The notes below the pieces were generated by a model. That model was not told the origin of the DNA and did not search any database. It saw nothing but the letters and a program-made list of their open reading frames with translations. Of a DNA stretch of 64,000 nt, positions 1-10,280 are shown in pieces. The stretch's first letter is position 1. Each line of letters opens with the position of its first letter. The translations under genes were made by a program, and so were the position numbers. Origin of the DNA: Nostoc sp. DedSLP01 (GTDB lineage: Bacteria; Cyanobacteriota; Cyanobacteriia; Cyanobacteriales; Nostocaceae); contig JAVRCJ020000024.1 of the NCBI GenBank assembly GCA_034530875.2, forward strand, positions 1-64,000, in the 5' to 3' direction.

Positions 1-301
1 ATTTCCACTGTTCGTTTTCAGTAGTTCTTCAAGGTTGAAGCGTTCCTGAAATGAGAGGGATTTCTTCCCATCAATACCAGCCGTCTTCTTACCAGCATTT
101 AGCTGAGATACTTGTCTTATTGCAAGAAATCGAGCCGAGGTTGATTTTAGAATAAGCTTTTGGAGTAACCGAGCTTTCCGCTTGTCTCCAACTTGAACAG
201 CTTTGTACACGCGATGAGTGAAGGCGGAAAAGATTTCGGCGGAATTTCTTCCACGGTAGTTCTTTCCATGATTCACTAGTATGTCTACTGTGTCTAATCA
301 T
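1..301 (-). pseudogene. Group II intron reverse transcriptase/maturase N-terminus, frameshifted and truncated by the window edge
   Basis: The ORF starts MIRHSRHTSESWKELPWKKFRRNLFRL. After a +1 shift at about 214-220, another frame is open to base 1: RVYKAVQVGDKRKARLLQKLILKSTSARFLAIRQVSQLNAGKKTAGIDG (RT N-terminal/RT0 motif). Confidence 0.85.
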
Positions 302-861
302 ACTCTTCTCTAGTTAATGTATTCTGAACACCTCAGTCCAATTACGGACTGTCCTACCCGACTTGTGGGGATTCCGCTTCTCGTCTAGCCTACTTGGGGT
401 TCGACTGCCCCAGGACTCACAAATCGTTTTTATTCGTTCCCTCGGAGAGATTGATTGTTCCGTTAGGCGTGGTCATTTCAACTACTGGATTCCCTCAACT
501 CTTGCCGCTATTAAGGGTACAATGCGGCGGGAATTATTTCTCCAGTGAGGTCAGGGGTTTTTATGTTGCGCCCTGCTTGGGAATAAGTTGCTTTTTTAGA
601 CCCGGTTTCGCCGTAGGAACTCCCTGTTAGCGCCAGTGTCAGCCCGCAACGGCTGTCTGATTGCACCCTGTTCCCAGCTTCACTCTACAAGAATCGAGCT
701 TGTTCGGTGTGGGCAGATAAGGAGTCAATTCTGAGTCTGAATGGTAGGGCTTTCACCTACATCTGACCGAGAGTTCAGCCTTTGGTGACAGTAATCTGCT
801 GTCGGGCTGGGTTAGTTATTTACGGGCTGATTACCGTGATTCACTAGCCACCGAATCGCAC
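1..861 (-). mobile_element. Group II intron, 5' portion (runs off the left window edge)
   Basis: The minus strand starts with the canonical GTGCG at 861. A candidate EBS1 (ACCCTT, complement of 513-518) sits in a stem-loop and pairs perfectly with the last 6 nt of the 5' exon (AAGGGT, 867-862). An RT/maturase N-terminus begins at 301. Confidence 0.9.
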
Positions 862-1034
862 ACCCTTGCTCCCTCTGGTCGCAGCAGGAAGCAAAGACCA
901 GTTTTCCTCATGCCTCCTGCCTTCGCTGATAACTTATAATTTCTAACTCAGTACTCCCGACTTTTGGCGTCAGTGTCATTAGCAGATGAATCAATACGAA
1001 TGTTAGGATATCTTTCACTAGCTGAATCTGACTT

Positions 1035-2198
1035 ATGAAATTAGTTTGCGCCCAAAGCGACCTCAGTACAAATCTCTCCCTCGTGAGTCGTGCTGTACCT
1101 TCACGACCGACTCATCCGGTACTTGCCAATGTGTTGCTCCAAGCGGATGCTGAAACTAACCAGGTAAGCTTAACAGCTTTTGATTTGAGCTTGGGTATCC
1201 GTACTAGCTTTAATGCTGAGGTCTGGCAAGGAGGAGCGATCGCAATTCCTGCTAAGTTACTTGTAGACATCACCTCTCGCCTTCCAGAGGGAGAAATTAC
1301 TCTCGATGATGAATCAGCCCTCACAGGCGCAACAGCAAGCGGTGAAGGTTTAATTGTGACGCTGACACCGAAAACTGGATATTATCAGGTACGAGCAATG
1401 GGAGCTGAAGAGTTTCCCGAACTACCTGTAATTGAAAATGCAGAAGTAATCCATCTTACCAGCGCTGCACTAATTGAAGGATTGCGGGGTTCATTATTTG
1501 CCACTAGTGCTGATGAAACCAAACAAGTACTCACGGGAGTGCATTTAACAGTTAAACAAGATACTTTAGAATTTGCAGCTACGGACGGACATCGCCTAGC
1601 AGTGGTAGAAACTAGCAACGAACGTCCTCTAGATGGAACTAGTCAGCTAGAAGTCACAGTCCCAGCGAGAGCATTACGCGAACTTCAACGAATGCTAGCT
1701 CATAGCGCCTCATCTGATGAACCTGTGGCTTTACATTTCGATCGCGGTCAAGTTGTCTTTGCATGGCAAAATCAACGCTTGACTAGTCGCACATTAGAAG
1801 GACAATATCCTGCTTATCGGCAACTGATTCCCCGTCAATTTGAGCGACAAATTACAGTTGAGCGACGACAATTCATCAGTACTTTAGAGCGAATTGCTGT
1901 GCTAGCAGATCAGAAAAATAATATTGTTAAGCTCAGCATTAATAGCGAAGCTCAGGAAATTATTTTATCTTGTGAAGCTCAAGATGTGGGTAGCGGTAGA
2001 GAACCAATGCCGGCACAAATTTCTGGAGACGACATAGAAATTGCTTTTAATATTAAATATTTGATGGAAGGCTTAAAAGAACTACCGTCTTCTGAAATTC
2101 AAATGCATTTAAATCAAAGTTTAACTCCGGTGATTTTTACGCCACTAGGTGGTTTAAAAATGACTTATTTAGCTATGCCGGTGCAACTTAGAAGTTAA
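1035..2198 (+). CDS. dnaN: DNA polymerase III subunit beta (sliding clamp)
   Basis: 387 aa with motifs SRPTHPVLANVLL, ATDGHRLA, LEGQYPAYRQLIP and a C-terminal YLAMPVQL. Confidence 0.97.
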   Translation: MKLVCAQSDLSTNLSLVSRAVPSRPTHPVLANVLLQADAETNQVSLTAFDLSLGIRTSFNAEVWQGGAIAIPAKLLVDITSRLPEGEITLDDESALTGATASGEGLIVTLTPKTGYYQVRAMGAEEFPELPVIENAEVIHLTSAALIEGLRGSLFATSADETKQVLTGVHLTVKQDTLEFAATDGHRLAVVETSNERPLDGTSQLEVTVPARALRELQRMLAHSASSDEPVALHFDRGQVVFAWQNQRLTSRTLEGQYPAYRQLIPRQFERQITVERRQFISTLERIAVLADQKNNIVKLSINSEAQEIILSCEAQDVGSGREPMPAQISGDDIEIAFNIKYLMEGLKELPSSEIQMHLNQSLTPVIFTPLGGLKMTYLAMPVQLRS

Positions 2199-2227
2199 TT
2201 AAAATTTCTGGTAACTTGAGGTTAAGT

Positions 2228-2249
2228 GTGGCTAGCGATCGCCAGCCAC
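2228..2249. terminator. Hairpin between convergent genes, with HIP1 in the loop region
   Basis: GTGGCTAGCGATCGCCAGCCAC has GTGGCT/AGCCAC arms and lies 30 nt after the dnaN stop. Confidence 0.5.
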
Positions 2250-2289
2250 AAGCAAAATGAAATTAATCTCACAACTAGCAATTATCCAT

Positions 2290-2442
2290 TTACACATCGC
2301 GGGTTTTGAGAAAATTATAAATAGCCAGTCCAATAGCTACAAGCAATACTGCATGAATTAAATTTCCGGCAATATGAAGTACCAATCCTAACGCCCAAAA
2401 ACCAACTAGGACAACAACAACACCCCAAAGTATACTCAACAT
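2290..2442 (-). CDS. Small membrane protein (lmo0937/DUF5670-like), 50 aa, not in the ORF track
   Basis: Hand translation gives MLSILWGVVVVLVGFWALGLVLHIAGNLIHAVLLVAIGLAIYNFLKTRDV*. It has two hydrophobic segments, the W..G.....G..IH pattern, and AAGAG upstream. Confidence 0.8.
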   Translation of the reverse strand: MLSILWGVVVVLVGFWALGLVLHIAGNLIHAVLLVAIGLAIYNFLKTRDV

Positions 2443-2669
2443 ATATTTACTCTTACTAAAGTGATTTTTACTTGTTCAGATATATTATCGCTTCAGTTGA
2501 GTTTGATTCTATTTGCCTTAAGATAGGTTTGTAAATTTAAATCATCTATCTGAAGATAGAAAAATTATATTATGTTAAAAAACGATGTGATAGATACATA
2601 AGCTTAAACCCTTATGATATCTAATTTTATTAATTTTCAATTTTGAATTTTGAATTGGTATCACTATTG

Positions 2670-5600
2670 TTATTTGGTGATTTGTTGAATCGGAATTTCA
2701 ATCCAAAATTCTGTACCTAACCCTGGCTGAGAATCACATTTAAATACACCGCCGTGTTTATCAACAATGATTTGATAACTAATTGATAACCCCAAGCCAG
2801 TGCCTTTTCCTACTGGTTTAGTAGTGAAAAATGGGTCGCAGATTCTTGCCTTCAAATCTTCTGGTATTCCCGGGCCATTGTCTTTGATGCGAATGACTAC
2901 GCTCTTGATATTACCTTCTAGTTCCCCAACAGCAGTACTAACAGTAATTTGGCTGGTATAAGCTTTTGATGTAGAGTCTCTGTAATCTTCTAAGGCATCG
3001 ATCGCATTACTTAAAACATTCATAAATACCTGATTTAATGGCCCGGCATAACATTCTATCAGGGGAAGTTCGCCATAGTCTTTGACTAATTTAATCGCTG
3101 GACTTTCCGGTTTTGCTTTGAAGCGATGCTGCAAAATCAGCAAGGTGCTATCAATACCTTCGTGGATATCAACTGGTTTTTTTTCTGCTTGATCGAGGCG
3201 GGAGAAATTTCGTAAACCCAAGACAATTTGCCGAATGCGATCGATGCCTATTTTCATTGAGGAGAGGGTTTTAGGCAAATCCTCAGTGATAAATTCTAAG
3301 TCTATTTCTTGTGCGCGATCGCGAATTTCCAAGTTGGGATCGGGACAGTTTTGCAAATACAAATCGAGGATACTGAGTAAGTCTTGGGTGTATTCGCTGA
3401 CATGATTGATATTGCCATAAATAAAGTTGACTGGGTTATTAATTTCGTGAGCAATACCAGCTACCAATTGACCCAATGAAGACATTTTTTCTGTCTGGAT
3501 GAGTTGAGTTTGAGTTTGTTTTAAATCATCCAAAGCTAGAGCTAATTTTTCTGTTTGCTCCTTAGTTTGATTCAGCAATTCGACTTGTTGCAGTGCAACA
3601 CCAAGCTGATTAGCAATTTGAGTAATAAATTTAATTTCTGAAGTTTCCCAGTGACGAGGTGCAGAGTTTTGGTAAACTGCTAATAAACCCCAGAGTTGTT
3701 GCCTAATAAATATTGGTGCGATCGCATACGCCTTTGCTTGAATTTGCTCTAAAGTCGCAATATGGCACTGAGAGTGACCAGCTTTATAGATATTATTAAC
3801 CACAAAGGTTTCATTATGGCGATATCGGCCACCTTGTGTTTCCTGCAAATAGCTATCTCGCCAACTTGTTTTGATATTAGAATTTACTAATTTTACCCAA
3901 CCTTCACTTACAAACTCAGCAATGTATTCCCCACTCCAATCAGCTTGGAAACGATAGACTGCAACTCGATCTGCTTGTAGCGATTTACAGATTTCTTGAG
4001 TAGTTGTCTGAAAAATTGCATCTAAATCCAAAGATTCCCGAATTTTTGCCACAACTTCAAACAATACTCGTTGTTGTTCTGCTGCTTGTTGCAAATCTAA
4101 TGTCTGTTCTCGTGTCTGAGCGAGTAATTGAGCTTGCTGGATTGCTACTCCCATTTGAGCAGCAATCTGACTGAGAAAGTTGACTTCATGAGGTTTCCAT
4201 TGACGGGGGCCAGAGTGTTGATAACTTGCTAGTAAGCCCCAAAGTTTTTGCCCAACAAAGATTGGAGCCAGCACGAAAGCGTAAATTTGAAATTGCTCTA
4301 GATTGTCAACATGGCACTGAGCAAACCCCATTTTATAGATGTCATCGACTGCAAATGTTTCATTATTGCGGTAGCGTCCTCCCTGTGTATCTTGTAAGTA
4401 GGTATCATTCCAAATTGTATTAATACCTAGTTCGGACTCATTCGACCAATAGGGACTCGAAGCCTCGAAATCTCCAACGAATTCACCACCCCAATCAGCA
4501 TCAAAACGATAAACTGAAACGCGATCGGCTTTGATTAATTGGCAAACTTCTTTAGTGGTTGTTTGAAAAATCGTATCTGTATCTAAAGATTCACGAATTT
4601 CAGCAATCACTTTAAACACAGCCTGTTGTTGTTCGGCTGTACGTTGTAATTCAAGGGTGCGTTTTTTTACTTGATGTTCTAAGTTTTCATTGAAAACTTG
4701 TACTTGCTGATACAATTCATACTGTTGAACTGCCGAAGCAAAGTGTTTGCCCAGGTTTCTAGCCAGTTCAATCTCTTCATGCGTCCACGGTCGCACCTGT
4801 GCTTTTTTAGCTTCGTACCAAGCTTCAAACGATCGCCTTGGGTACAATTGCCTTTTGTCGGTGTCATGCTTTCCAGCCCAGAGGGTTTCTATATCTATTT
4901 CGTTGCGAAAAATGCTTAAATAACCCAACAGCTGCTGACGATAATGGAGTGGAATTACCAAGACACTGCGAATTTTAGTTGGTTCAAAAGCAGCTTGTAA
5001 ACTCCGCCAGCCTGGAGTTTGATATATATCTAAAATTGGCCAAATCTCATATTCTTGGCTCGATTTATAGTGTTCTTGCCAGAAACCATATTGTTCTATC
5101 AGTGGATATATGGTTTGTTCTGGCATTACAGGTTGCTGCCCGCAAGTATAAAGTTTGACGCAACTGTTTCCAGGTATCAAGCATTCTCCCAAGGTGCTGA
5201 GGCTGCCATTTTGATAATCAAAAGTTGCATTTCTAATGCAAAGACGACCACCGACGCCATCAAAGGCAGCAACGGTAGCTTCTAAGGCTGGCTGTAATAC
5301 AATTGTCGGCAGTGAATGTAGTAAGGAACCAATGCGGTTAACGATCGCTTCTTGTTCGGCTTTTTTGCGGACTTGAGCCAGGAGAGTACTTTGAGCGATC
5401 GCTACTGAAAGTTGATCGACTACTATTTGTAATGCTTCTAATTCCGATTCTGAAATTAAATGCGCTTGGGAATTATGAGAGACTAACAGTCCCCAAAGTT
5501 GATTTTGGTTAATAATAGGAGCTACTATGCTGGACTTTACCCCCATTGCCTTTAAATATTCAACATGGCAAGAGTCTACAGTCCGGTAATGGATTGGCTC

Positions 5601-5981
5601 TGAAATGGTTTCTCCATTTTCTAAATCTCGCAGGTGAATTTGACCAATTTGTTGAGTATCAACATTCACAACACAACGCACCCGCGATTTAATAAATAGT
5701 TCCCGCGCACCTTCTGGAATATCATCAGCCGGGAAATTTAGTCCTAGTAGGGACGGCAAACGATCGTTGTTAATTGATTCAGCAATGACCTGACCGCTAG
5801 CATCAGGATGAAACTTGTAAATCATCACTCTGTCAGTTTGCAGTAGCGATCGCACCTCTGCTGTTGTGACTGTGATAATATCTTCTAATTCCAAACTGCG
5901 TCGGATACGATTTGTAATCCGGCGTAGTAAGCTTTCTTCATGGCGAGTTTCCCGCCAATCCCGTTCGTAGTTCGAGGTCAT
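2670..5981 (-). CDS. Knotless phytochrome/cyanobacteriochrome multi-GAF sensor histidine kinase (AphC/Cph2-like)
   Basis: GAF1 has FPADDIP...CHVEYL. A PHY-like domain has WAG and PRRSF. Two CBCR GAFs have WxDxYLQ...CH. The kinase has AHEINNP and [17 protein letters not shown]. Confidence 0.92.
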   Translation of the reverse strand: MTSNYERDWRETRHEESLLRRITNRIRRSLELEDIITVTTAEVRSLLQTDRVMIYKFHPDASGQVIAESINNDRLPSLLGLNFPADDIPEGARELFIKSRVRCVVNVDTQQIGQIHLRDLENGETISEPIHYRTVDSCHVEYLKAMGVKSSIVAPIINQNQLWGLLVSHNSQAHLISESELEALQIVVDQLSVAIAQSTLLAQVRKKAEQEAIVNRIGSLLHSLPTIVLQPALEATVAAFDGVGGRLCIRNATFDYQNGSLSTLGECLIPGNSCVKLYTCGQQPVMPEQTIYPLIEQYGFWQEHYKSSQEYEIWPILDIYQTPGWRSLQAAFEPTKIRSVLVIPLHYRQQLLGYLSIFRNEIDIETLWAGKHDTDKRQLYPRRSFEAWYEAKKAQVRPWTHEEIELARNLGKHFASAVQQYELYQQVQVFNENLEHQVKKRTLELQRTAEQQQAVFKVIAEIRESLDTDTIFQTTTKEVCQLIKADRVSVYRFDADWGGEFVGDFEASSPYWSNESELGINTIWNDTYLQDTQGGRYRNNETFAVDDIYKMGFAQCHVDNLEQFQIYAFVLAPIFVGQKLWGLLASYQHSGPRQWKPHEVNFLSQIAAQMGVAIQQAQLLAQTREQTLDLQQAAEQQRVLFEVVAKIRESLDLDAIFQTTTQEICKSLQADRVAVYRFQADWSGEYIAEFVSEGWVKLVNSNIKTSWRDSYLQETQGGRYRHNETFVVNNIYKAGHSQCHIATLEQIQAKAYAIAPIFIRQQLWGLLAVYQNSAPRHWETSEIKFITQIANQLGVALQQVELLNQTKEQTEKLALALDDLKQTQTQLIQTEKMSSLGQLVAGIAHEINNPVNFIYGNINHVSEYTQDLLSILDLYLQNCPDPNLEIRDRAQEIDLEFITEDLPKTLSSMKIGIDRIRQIVLGLRNFSRLDQAEKKPVDIHEGIDSTLLILQHRFKAKPESPAIKLVKDYGELPLIECYAGPLNQVFMNVLSNAIDALEDYRDSTSKAYTSQITVSTAVGELEGNIKSVVIRIKDNGPGIPEDLKARICDPFFTTKPVGKGTGLGLSISYQIIVDKHGGVFKCDSQPGLGTEFWIEIPIQQITK

Positions 5982-6116
5982 CGCTGATAATATCTTTAAT
6001 TAATAATTCAAAAATGTACATGTTTAAAGCTAATGACATTTTTGAATTTATTTACTCAACTTGTCTTCAGTAAAACTACGGCAAATTCCTAATCAAATTT
6101 CTCAAAATTTCAAAAA

Positions 6117-6142
6117 AAAGACGCAAAAATAATTGCGTCTCT
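6117..6142 (-). terminator. Probable intrinsic terminator after the ArsA/Get3 gene
   Basis: AGACGCAA-AAATAA-TTGCGTCT hairpin followed by a T-run on the minus strand. Confidence 0.55.
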
Positions 6143-6211
6143 TTCAGCTTTCAAAAAAGATTTTTGCTTTTGACTTTTAACTTATTGTTGAATATTTCAA
6201 TTTCAACAAAA

Positions 6212-7399
6212 TTAAACTCTTGCATTGTCAGCAAAGCTGATTTTCAGATAATCATCTTCCATCTTTGCACCTGCTGGTTGTAGTGCTGCTAAGGCTTGCG
6301 GCAAAACTAAGTTGCGACGATGATTGCCAATAGTAATATTTAATTCGTCGCCTGTTTTACTCAGTTGAACTTGATTTTTAGGAATACCAGGTAAGTAAAG
6401 TTCCAAGCTGTATTGATTTTGCTCTTGCACGACTCGAACAGTTGTTTCTCGGTAATAAACTTGAGTCGGATCTTCATCTTTATAAAGCGTTTCTTTCAAA
6501 CGTTCTAATGCCGCTAATCCGCACATTTCTTCAGAAAATAATGGCACTTCTTTCACGGGTAGAGGATGAAAATTCTCATGAATTTCTTGGCGATATTGCT
6601 CTTGATTTTCTTTCCAACGTTTAAAAAATGGGTCTTGGACTTCGCTGGGAATGATGCGATTTGCTACAACTAAATCAGTGGCAACATTATATAAGCTCAA
6701 ATAAGCATGAGCGCGAAGAGACTCTTTAATCACCATTTTTTCAGGATTAGTTACAAGACGCACTGAGGTTTGAGTATTATCTGTTAATACTTTTTCCAGA
6801 GCTTCTATTTGTTCGTAAAATTCATAAGGTGCATCCATTACCTCTTTATCTGGTAACGAAAACCCAGCAATTGGTTTAAAAAAAGGTTCAACCAAAGGCC
6901 GGAGTGCTACCGAGATATTTTGAAATGGTTTGTAAAAGCGGCGCATATACCAACCGCCTACTTCTGGTAAACTCAACAAGCGCAGTGCTGTACCAGTGGG
7001 TGCTGAGTCAATAATTAAAACATCAAACTCACCTTCGTCATAATGGCGTTTCATCCTTACCAAGCCAAAAATCTCATCCATACCTGGTAAAATTGCCAAT
7101 TCTTCCGCCTGTATCCCTTCTAAACCCCTTGCTTGTAAAACTTGGGTAATGTAACGTTTCACAGCACCCCAGTTTCCCTCTAGTTCTTGCAGTGCATCCA
7201 ATTCTGCACCCCACAAATTTGGGCGAATTTTTCGGGGTATATGTCCCATTTCCATATCAAAACTGTCTGCTAGGGAGTGCGCGGGATCTGTACTTAAAAC
7301 CAATGTCTGATAACCTAATTCTGCACAACGGAGTCCAGTTGCAGCAGCAACGGATGTTTTACCCACGCCGCCTTTACCTGTCATTAAAATTACACGCAT
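6212..7399 (-). CDS. ArsA/Get3-family ATPase (Get3d-like, with a C-terminal alpha-crystallin-like domain)
   Basis: GKGGVGKT P-loop, [14 protein letters not shown], and a C-terminal LELYLPGI...[16 protein letters not shown] domain. Confidence 0.92.
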   Translation of the reverse strand: MRVILMTGKGGVGKTSVAAATGLRCAELGYQTLVLSTDPAHSLADSFDMEMGHIPRKIRPNLWGAELDALQELEGNWGAVKRYITQVLQARGLEGIQAEELAILPGMDEIFGLVRMKRHYDEGEFDVLIIDSAPTGTALRLLSLPEVGGWYMRRFYKPFQNISVALRPLVEPFFKPIAGFSLPDKEVMDAPYEFYEQIEALEKVLTDNTQTSVRLVTNPEKMVIKESLRAHAYLSLYNVATDLVVANRIIPSEVQDPFFKRWKENQEQYRQEIHENFHPLPVKEVPLFSEEMCGLAALERLKETLYKDEDPTQVYYRETTVRVVQEQNQYSLELYLPGIPKNQVQLSKTGDELNITIGNHRRNLVLPQALAALQPAGAKMEDDYLKISFADNARV

Positions 7400-7591
7400 G
7401 GATGCTTCTTTCCTGCCTGAGGATTTTTTACAATTATTTACAATCTTATCGACTCTTTAAGGAAAATAAATGCCGCTTAGGCATATCTCAACGCGAACAG
7501 TTTTAATCAGAAATATGGAGAATCATCCAGCCATATTTCCATACTGGCTACTATTTATATAGTAGTAGATTAGGCAAATACGATAGGAGTC

Positions 7592-7719
7592 AATACTTGT
7601 CGGCTAAGGACACAAGAGGAGGGAAAAGGGCAAGGGGGAATGAAAAAACCTTTATCTTTACCCTTTTCCCTTTTCTCCAAAATTAAATTCTGTGTTAAAA
7701 ATTCTTAACCTAGTAGTAT
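7592..7719. mobile_element. MITE-like element
   Basis: Imperfect terminal inverted repeats AATACTTGTCGGCTAAG / CTTAACCTAGTAGTAT enclose inverted purine- and pyrimidine-rich tracts. Related ends occur at about 10112, 11561 and 47535-47660. Confidence 0.55.
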
Positions 7720-7736
7720 GGTGCTAGGAGCTAGTA

Positions 7737-8345
7737 ATGTCTAAACCGAAAATTCTCCAACTGGATGGGATGTATTCGTTTCGTTCGTACTTTGAGTTTT
7801 CTAGCGATACGGATGAAGTTTTAGCAGAGTTTGACTATGCTTTTGTGCGCCAGCGTTTGCAACTTCCGAGAACGAGTAATCAACTAGATGGACTCGATGA
7901 ACTGCGACAACAACTTGAAGATACTATTCCCTACGTCACTCTTAGTAGTGAGACTGCAAAAAGGGAAATTTTAGTTGCACCAGTCTTAAGTCGGGTAGCA
8001 GTTATTTGTAAGCGACTGCTGCGAATTGAGTATCCCTTAAAGATAAATAATTTACTCCAAGGGAATTTGGACTATTTTATTCAATCGCAACAAAACTTAG
8101 TTGTAGTTGAAGCCAAACGGGATGATTTGACGCGTGGATTTACGCAGTTAGCAGTAGAAATGATTGCACTGTCGATGTTGGAAGATGCGCCAAATATAGT
8201 CTATGGTGCTGTGACGATGGGAGATGTATGGGTATTTGGGACTTTAGAACAGAATTTACGTATTATTAGACGGGATATTACATCCTATACTTTGCCGGAT
8301 GATTTGGTAGAGATAGTTAAGATTTTAGTAGGAATTTTAGAGTAA
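7737..8345 (+). CDS. Hypothetical protein, PD-(D/E)xK restriction-endonuclease-like fold
   Basis: Contains GNLDY...VVVEAKRDD...GFTQLAVEM and YGAVTMGDVWVFG. Confidence 0.7.
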   Translation: MSKPKILQLDGMYSFRSYFEFSSDTDEVLAEFDYAFVRQRLQLPRTSNQLDGLDELRQQLEDTIPYVTLSSETAKREILVAPVLSRVAVICKRLLRIEYPLKINNLLQGNLDYFIQSQQNLVVVEAKRDDLTRGFTQLAVEMIALSMLEDAPNIVYGAVTMGDVWVFGTLEQNLRIIRRDITSYTLPDDLVEIVKILVGILE

Positions 8346-8381
8346 TTTTTCGTACTAAGTAGATGCACCTGATATAAATAT

Positions 8382-8663
8382 TTACCCTAACTCATCTGTT
8401 GGGTTTGGTTGCAATAAGCGATCGAGCTTTGTTTCAATTGCTGAGAGTTTTTTAAGAATTGTAGGGCGATCGCCATCAACAGCGACTAGTAAATTAGTTA
8501 TTTTATCTTGGATGTTGGCTAATTGTGCCATTGCATTCTGAAGTTGGATCATTCCTTCTCGAAGTTCTTGGCGTTCCTGTCGTGCTTCACTTATCTCATC
8601 TAGAATAGCTTGGACTGTTTTAGCATTACTCTCAAGTAGATGTTTGAGTTCTTTATCAGTCAT
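8382..8663 (-). CDS. Hypothetical coiled-coil protein
   Basis: 93 aa ORF with a heptad-rich composition, co-oriented with and directly after ackA. Confidence 0.7.
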   Translation of the reverse strand: MTDKELKHLLESNAKTVQAILDEISEARQERQELREGMIQLQNAMAQLANIQDKITNLLVAVDGDRPTILKKLSAIETKLDRLLQPNPTDELG

Positions 8664-8714
8664 TGCGATCGCACTTGGATTTAGATTTATTATTCATCAT
8701 AAATTGTTAGTTGA

Positions 8715-9932
8715 TTACTTTTTAAAGAGTTGCCAACATTGTTGAGCGATCGCCCAGTCTTCTTGAGTGTGTATGACTAATACTCTCACGGTTGAGTCTG
8801 CTGTGGCTATATCTCGATCCACAGGTTGGTGTTGATTTTTTTCTAAGTCGATTTTTAATTGCAAAAATCCCAAAGCTTCACAAGCGGCTTGGCGAATTTC
8901 TGGAGAGTTTTCACCCACACCTCCGGTAAACACCAAAGCATCTAATCCTCCCAAACTGGTAAGCATTGCACCGATACCAGAACGCAAGCGATGGACGTAG
9001 ATATCCCATGCTAGTTTAGCGCGGGTATTGCCTTGGGCGATCGCTTTTGTGACTTCACGCATATCGCTAGATACACCGGAAATTCCTCGCAAACCAGAAG
9101 CTTTATTTAAGACATTATCTAATTTTTCTACAGAGTAATCGCAGTACTGTAACAGGTGAATTAAAATCCCCGGATCGATTGAACCAGAACGGCTGCCCAT
9201 CATTAATCCTTCTAAAGGTGTGAATCCCATAGTGGTATCAATACTGCAACCGTTTTTAATGGCAGTTAACGAACAACCATTACCGAGATGACAGGTAATT
9301 AATCGCAGAGATGCCAAATCTTGACCGAGAATTTGGGCAGCACGACTAGAACAGTATTGGTGACTGATACCATGAAATCCATAGCGGCGGATACCTTGCT
9401 CTACCCATTGATAAGGGCCGGGATAAATTGCTGCTGCATCCGGGATAGTACTATGAAATGCAGTATCAAATACTGCTACCTGGGCAACTTCTTTGAGGAT
9501 ATTTTCAATTGCTTCTATGCCTGACAAAGCGGCTGGATTGTGTTCTGGGGCTAGGTTATTCAGATTAGCGATCGCTTTTTTGACATCCTCCGTAATTACC
9601 ACACTTTCTCGGTAATCTTGTCCGCCATGAACTACACGATGTCCCACCAAATCGATTTCTGCTAATTGATTGATTACTTTCGTAGCCCCACGAGTGAGTG
9701 TATCGAGCATATAAGCGAGGCGTGCTTGTGCAGAGTCAGCAGAAATTGATTCTTCGAGCTTTGCACCCATAGCAGTTTTGACTTCAATTTCTGCCACGCC
9801 GTCGTCTTGAGTCCAATTGGCTTTCGCTTCCCAAAGAGGTTGGGGCGCTTGCGTGGGGAGAGCCTCATCTGCAATGTCATACAAACAACTCTTTTGGCTG
9901 CTCGAACCAGCATTTAGCACCAATATCTTCAT
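8715..9932 (-). CDS. ackA: Acetate kinase
   Basis: Motifs LVLNAGSSS, GHRVVHGG, VFDTAFH, RRYGFHGISH, DTTMGFTPLEG and FTGGVGEN. Confidence 0.96.
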   Translation of the reverse strand: MKILVLNAGSSSQKSCLYDIADEALPTQAPQPLWEAKANWTQDDGVAEIEVKTAMGAKLEESISADSAQARLAYMLDTLTRGATKVINQLAEIDLVGHRVVHGGQDYRESVVITEDVKKAIANLNNLAPEHNPAALSGIEAIENILKEVAQVAVFDTAFHSTIPDAAAIYPGPYQWVEQGIRRYGFHGISHQYCSSRAAQILGQDLASLRLITCHLGNGCSLTAIKNGCSIDTTMGFTPLEGLMMGSRSGSIDPGILIHLLQYCDYSVEKLDNVLNKASGLRGISGVSSDMREVTKAIAQGNTRAKLAWDIYVHRLRSGIGAMLTSLGGLDALVFTGGVGENSPEIRQAACEALGFLQLKIDLEKNQHQPVDRDIATADSTVRVLVIHTQEDWAIAQQCWQLFKK

Positions 9933-10133
9933 AATAGGAAAATATGACCTGCTCTAATTACGTGACAATGCTACACTTACTTGCGACAGCGTGCTATTGG
10001 GCATTAGATATATTTTGTAGTGAGTGGCTGATGGGTGTAAGTTTTTTCCCAGACTATGAGTATTGAGTCTCCTTCGTCAGAAAATAAAGATAGAAAACCA
10101 CACTGTGAATCAATACCGTTCAGTTAAGCTTTT

Positions 10134-10200
10134 TTCTCCCCTACCTCCCCTGCTTCCCCTCCCCCCCATCTCCCCATCTCCCCACCTCCCCACTCCCCTA
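10134..10200. repeat. STRR-type C-rich short tandem repeats
   Basis: Tandem CCCCATCT/CCCCACCT/CCCCACT-like units. Confidence 0.7.
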
Positions 10201-10280
10201 TTTCCTTTAAATTTTGTTTGCTCTACACTCGGCGTTAATCCATCATGAAGAATGATTAAGAAAAACGGGTGTAAACAAAA

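Noticed and set aside
363..630. Short plus-strand ORFs
   Set aside because: They are antisense to the structured intron RNA and have no recognisable protein features.
862..1034. oriC next to dnaN
   Set aside because: No cluster of DnaA boxes (TT(A/T)TCCACA) is visible here or downstream of dnaN, and dnaA is not in the window.
6212..7399. Arsenic-resistance operon
   Set aside because: There is no arsB, arsC or arsR nearby, and the single ATPase domain with a crystallin-like tail fits the Get3d-like class.
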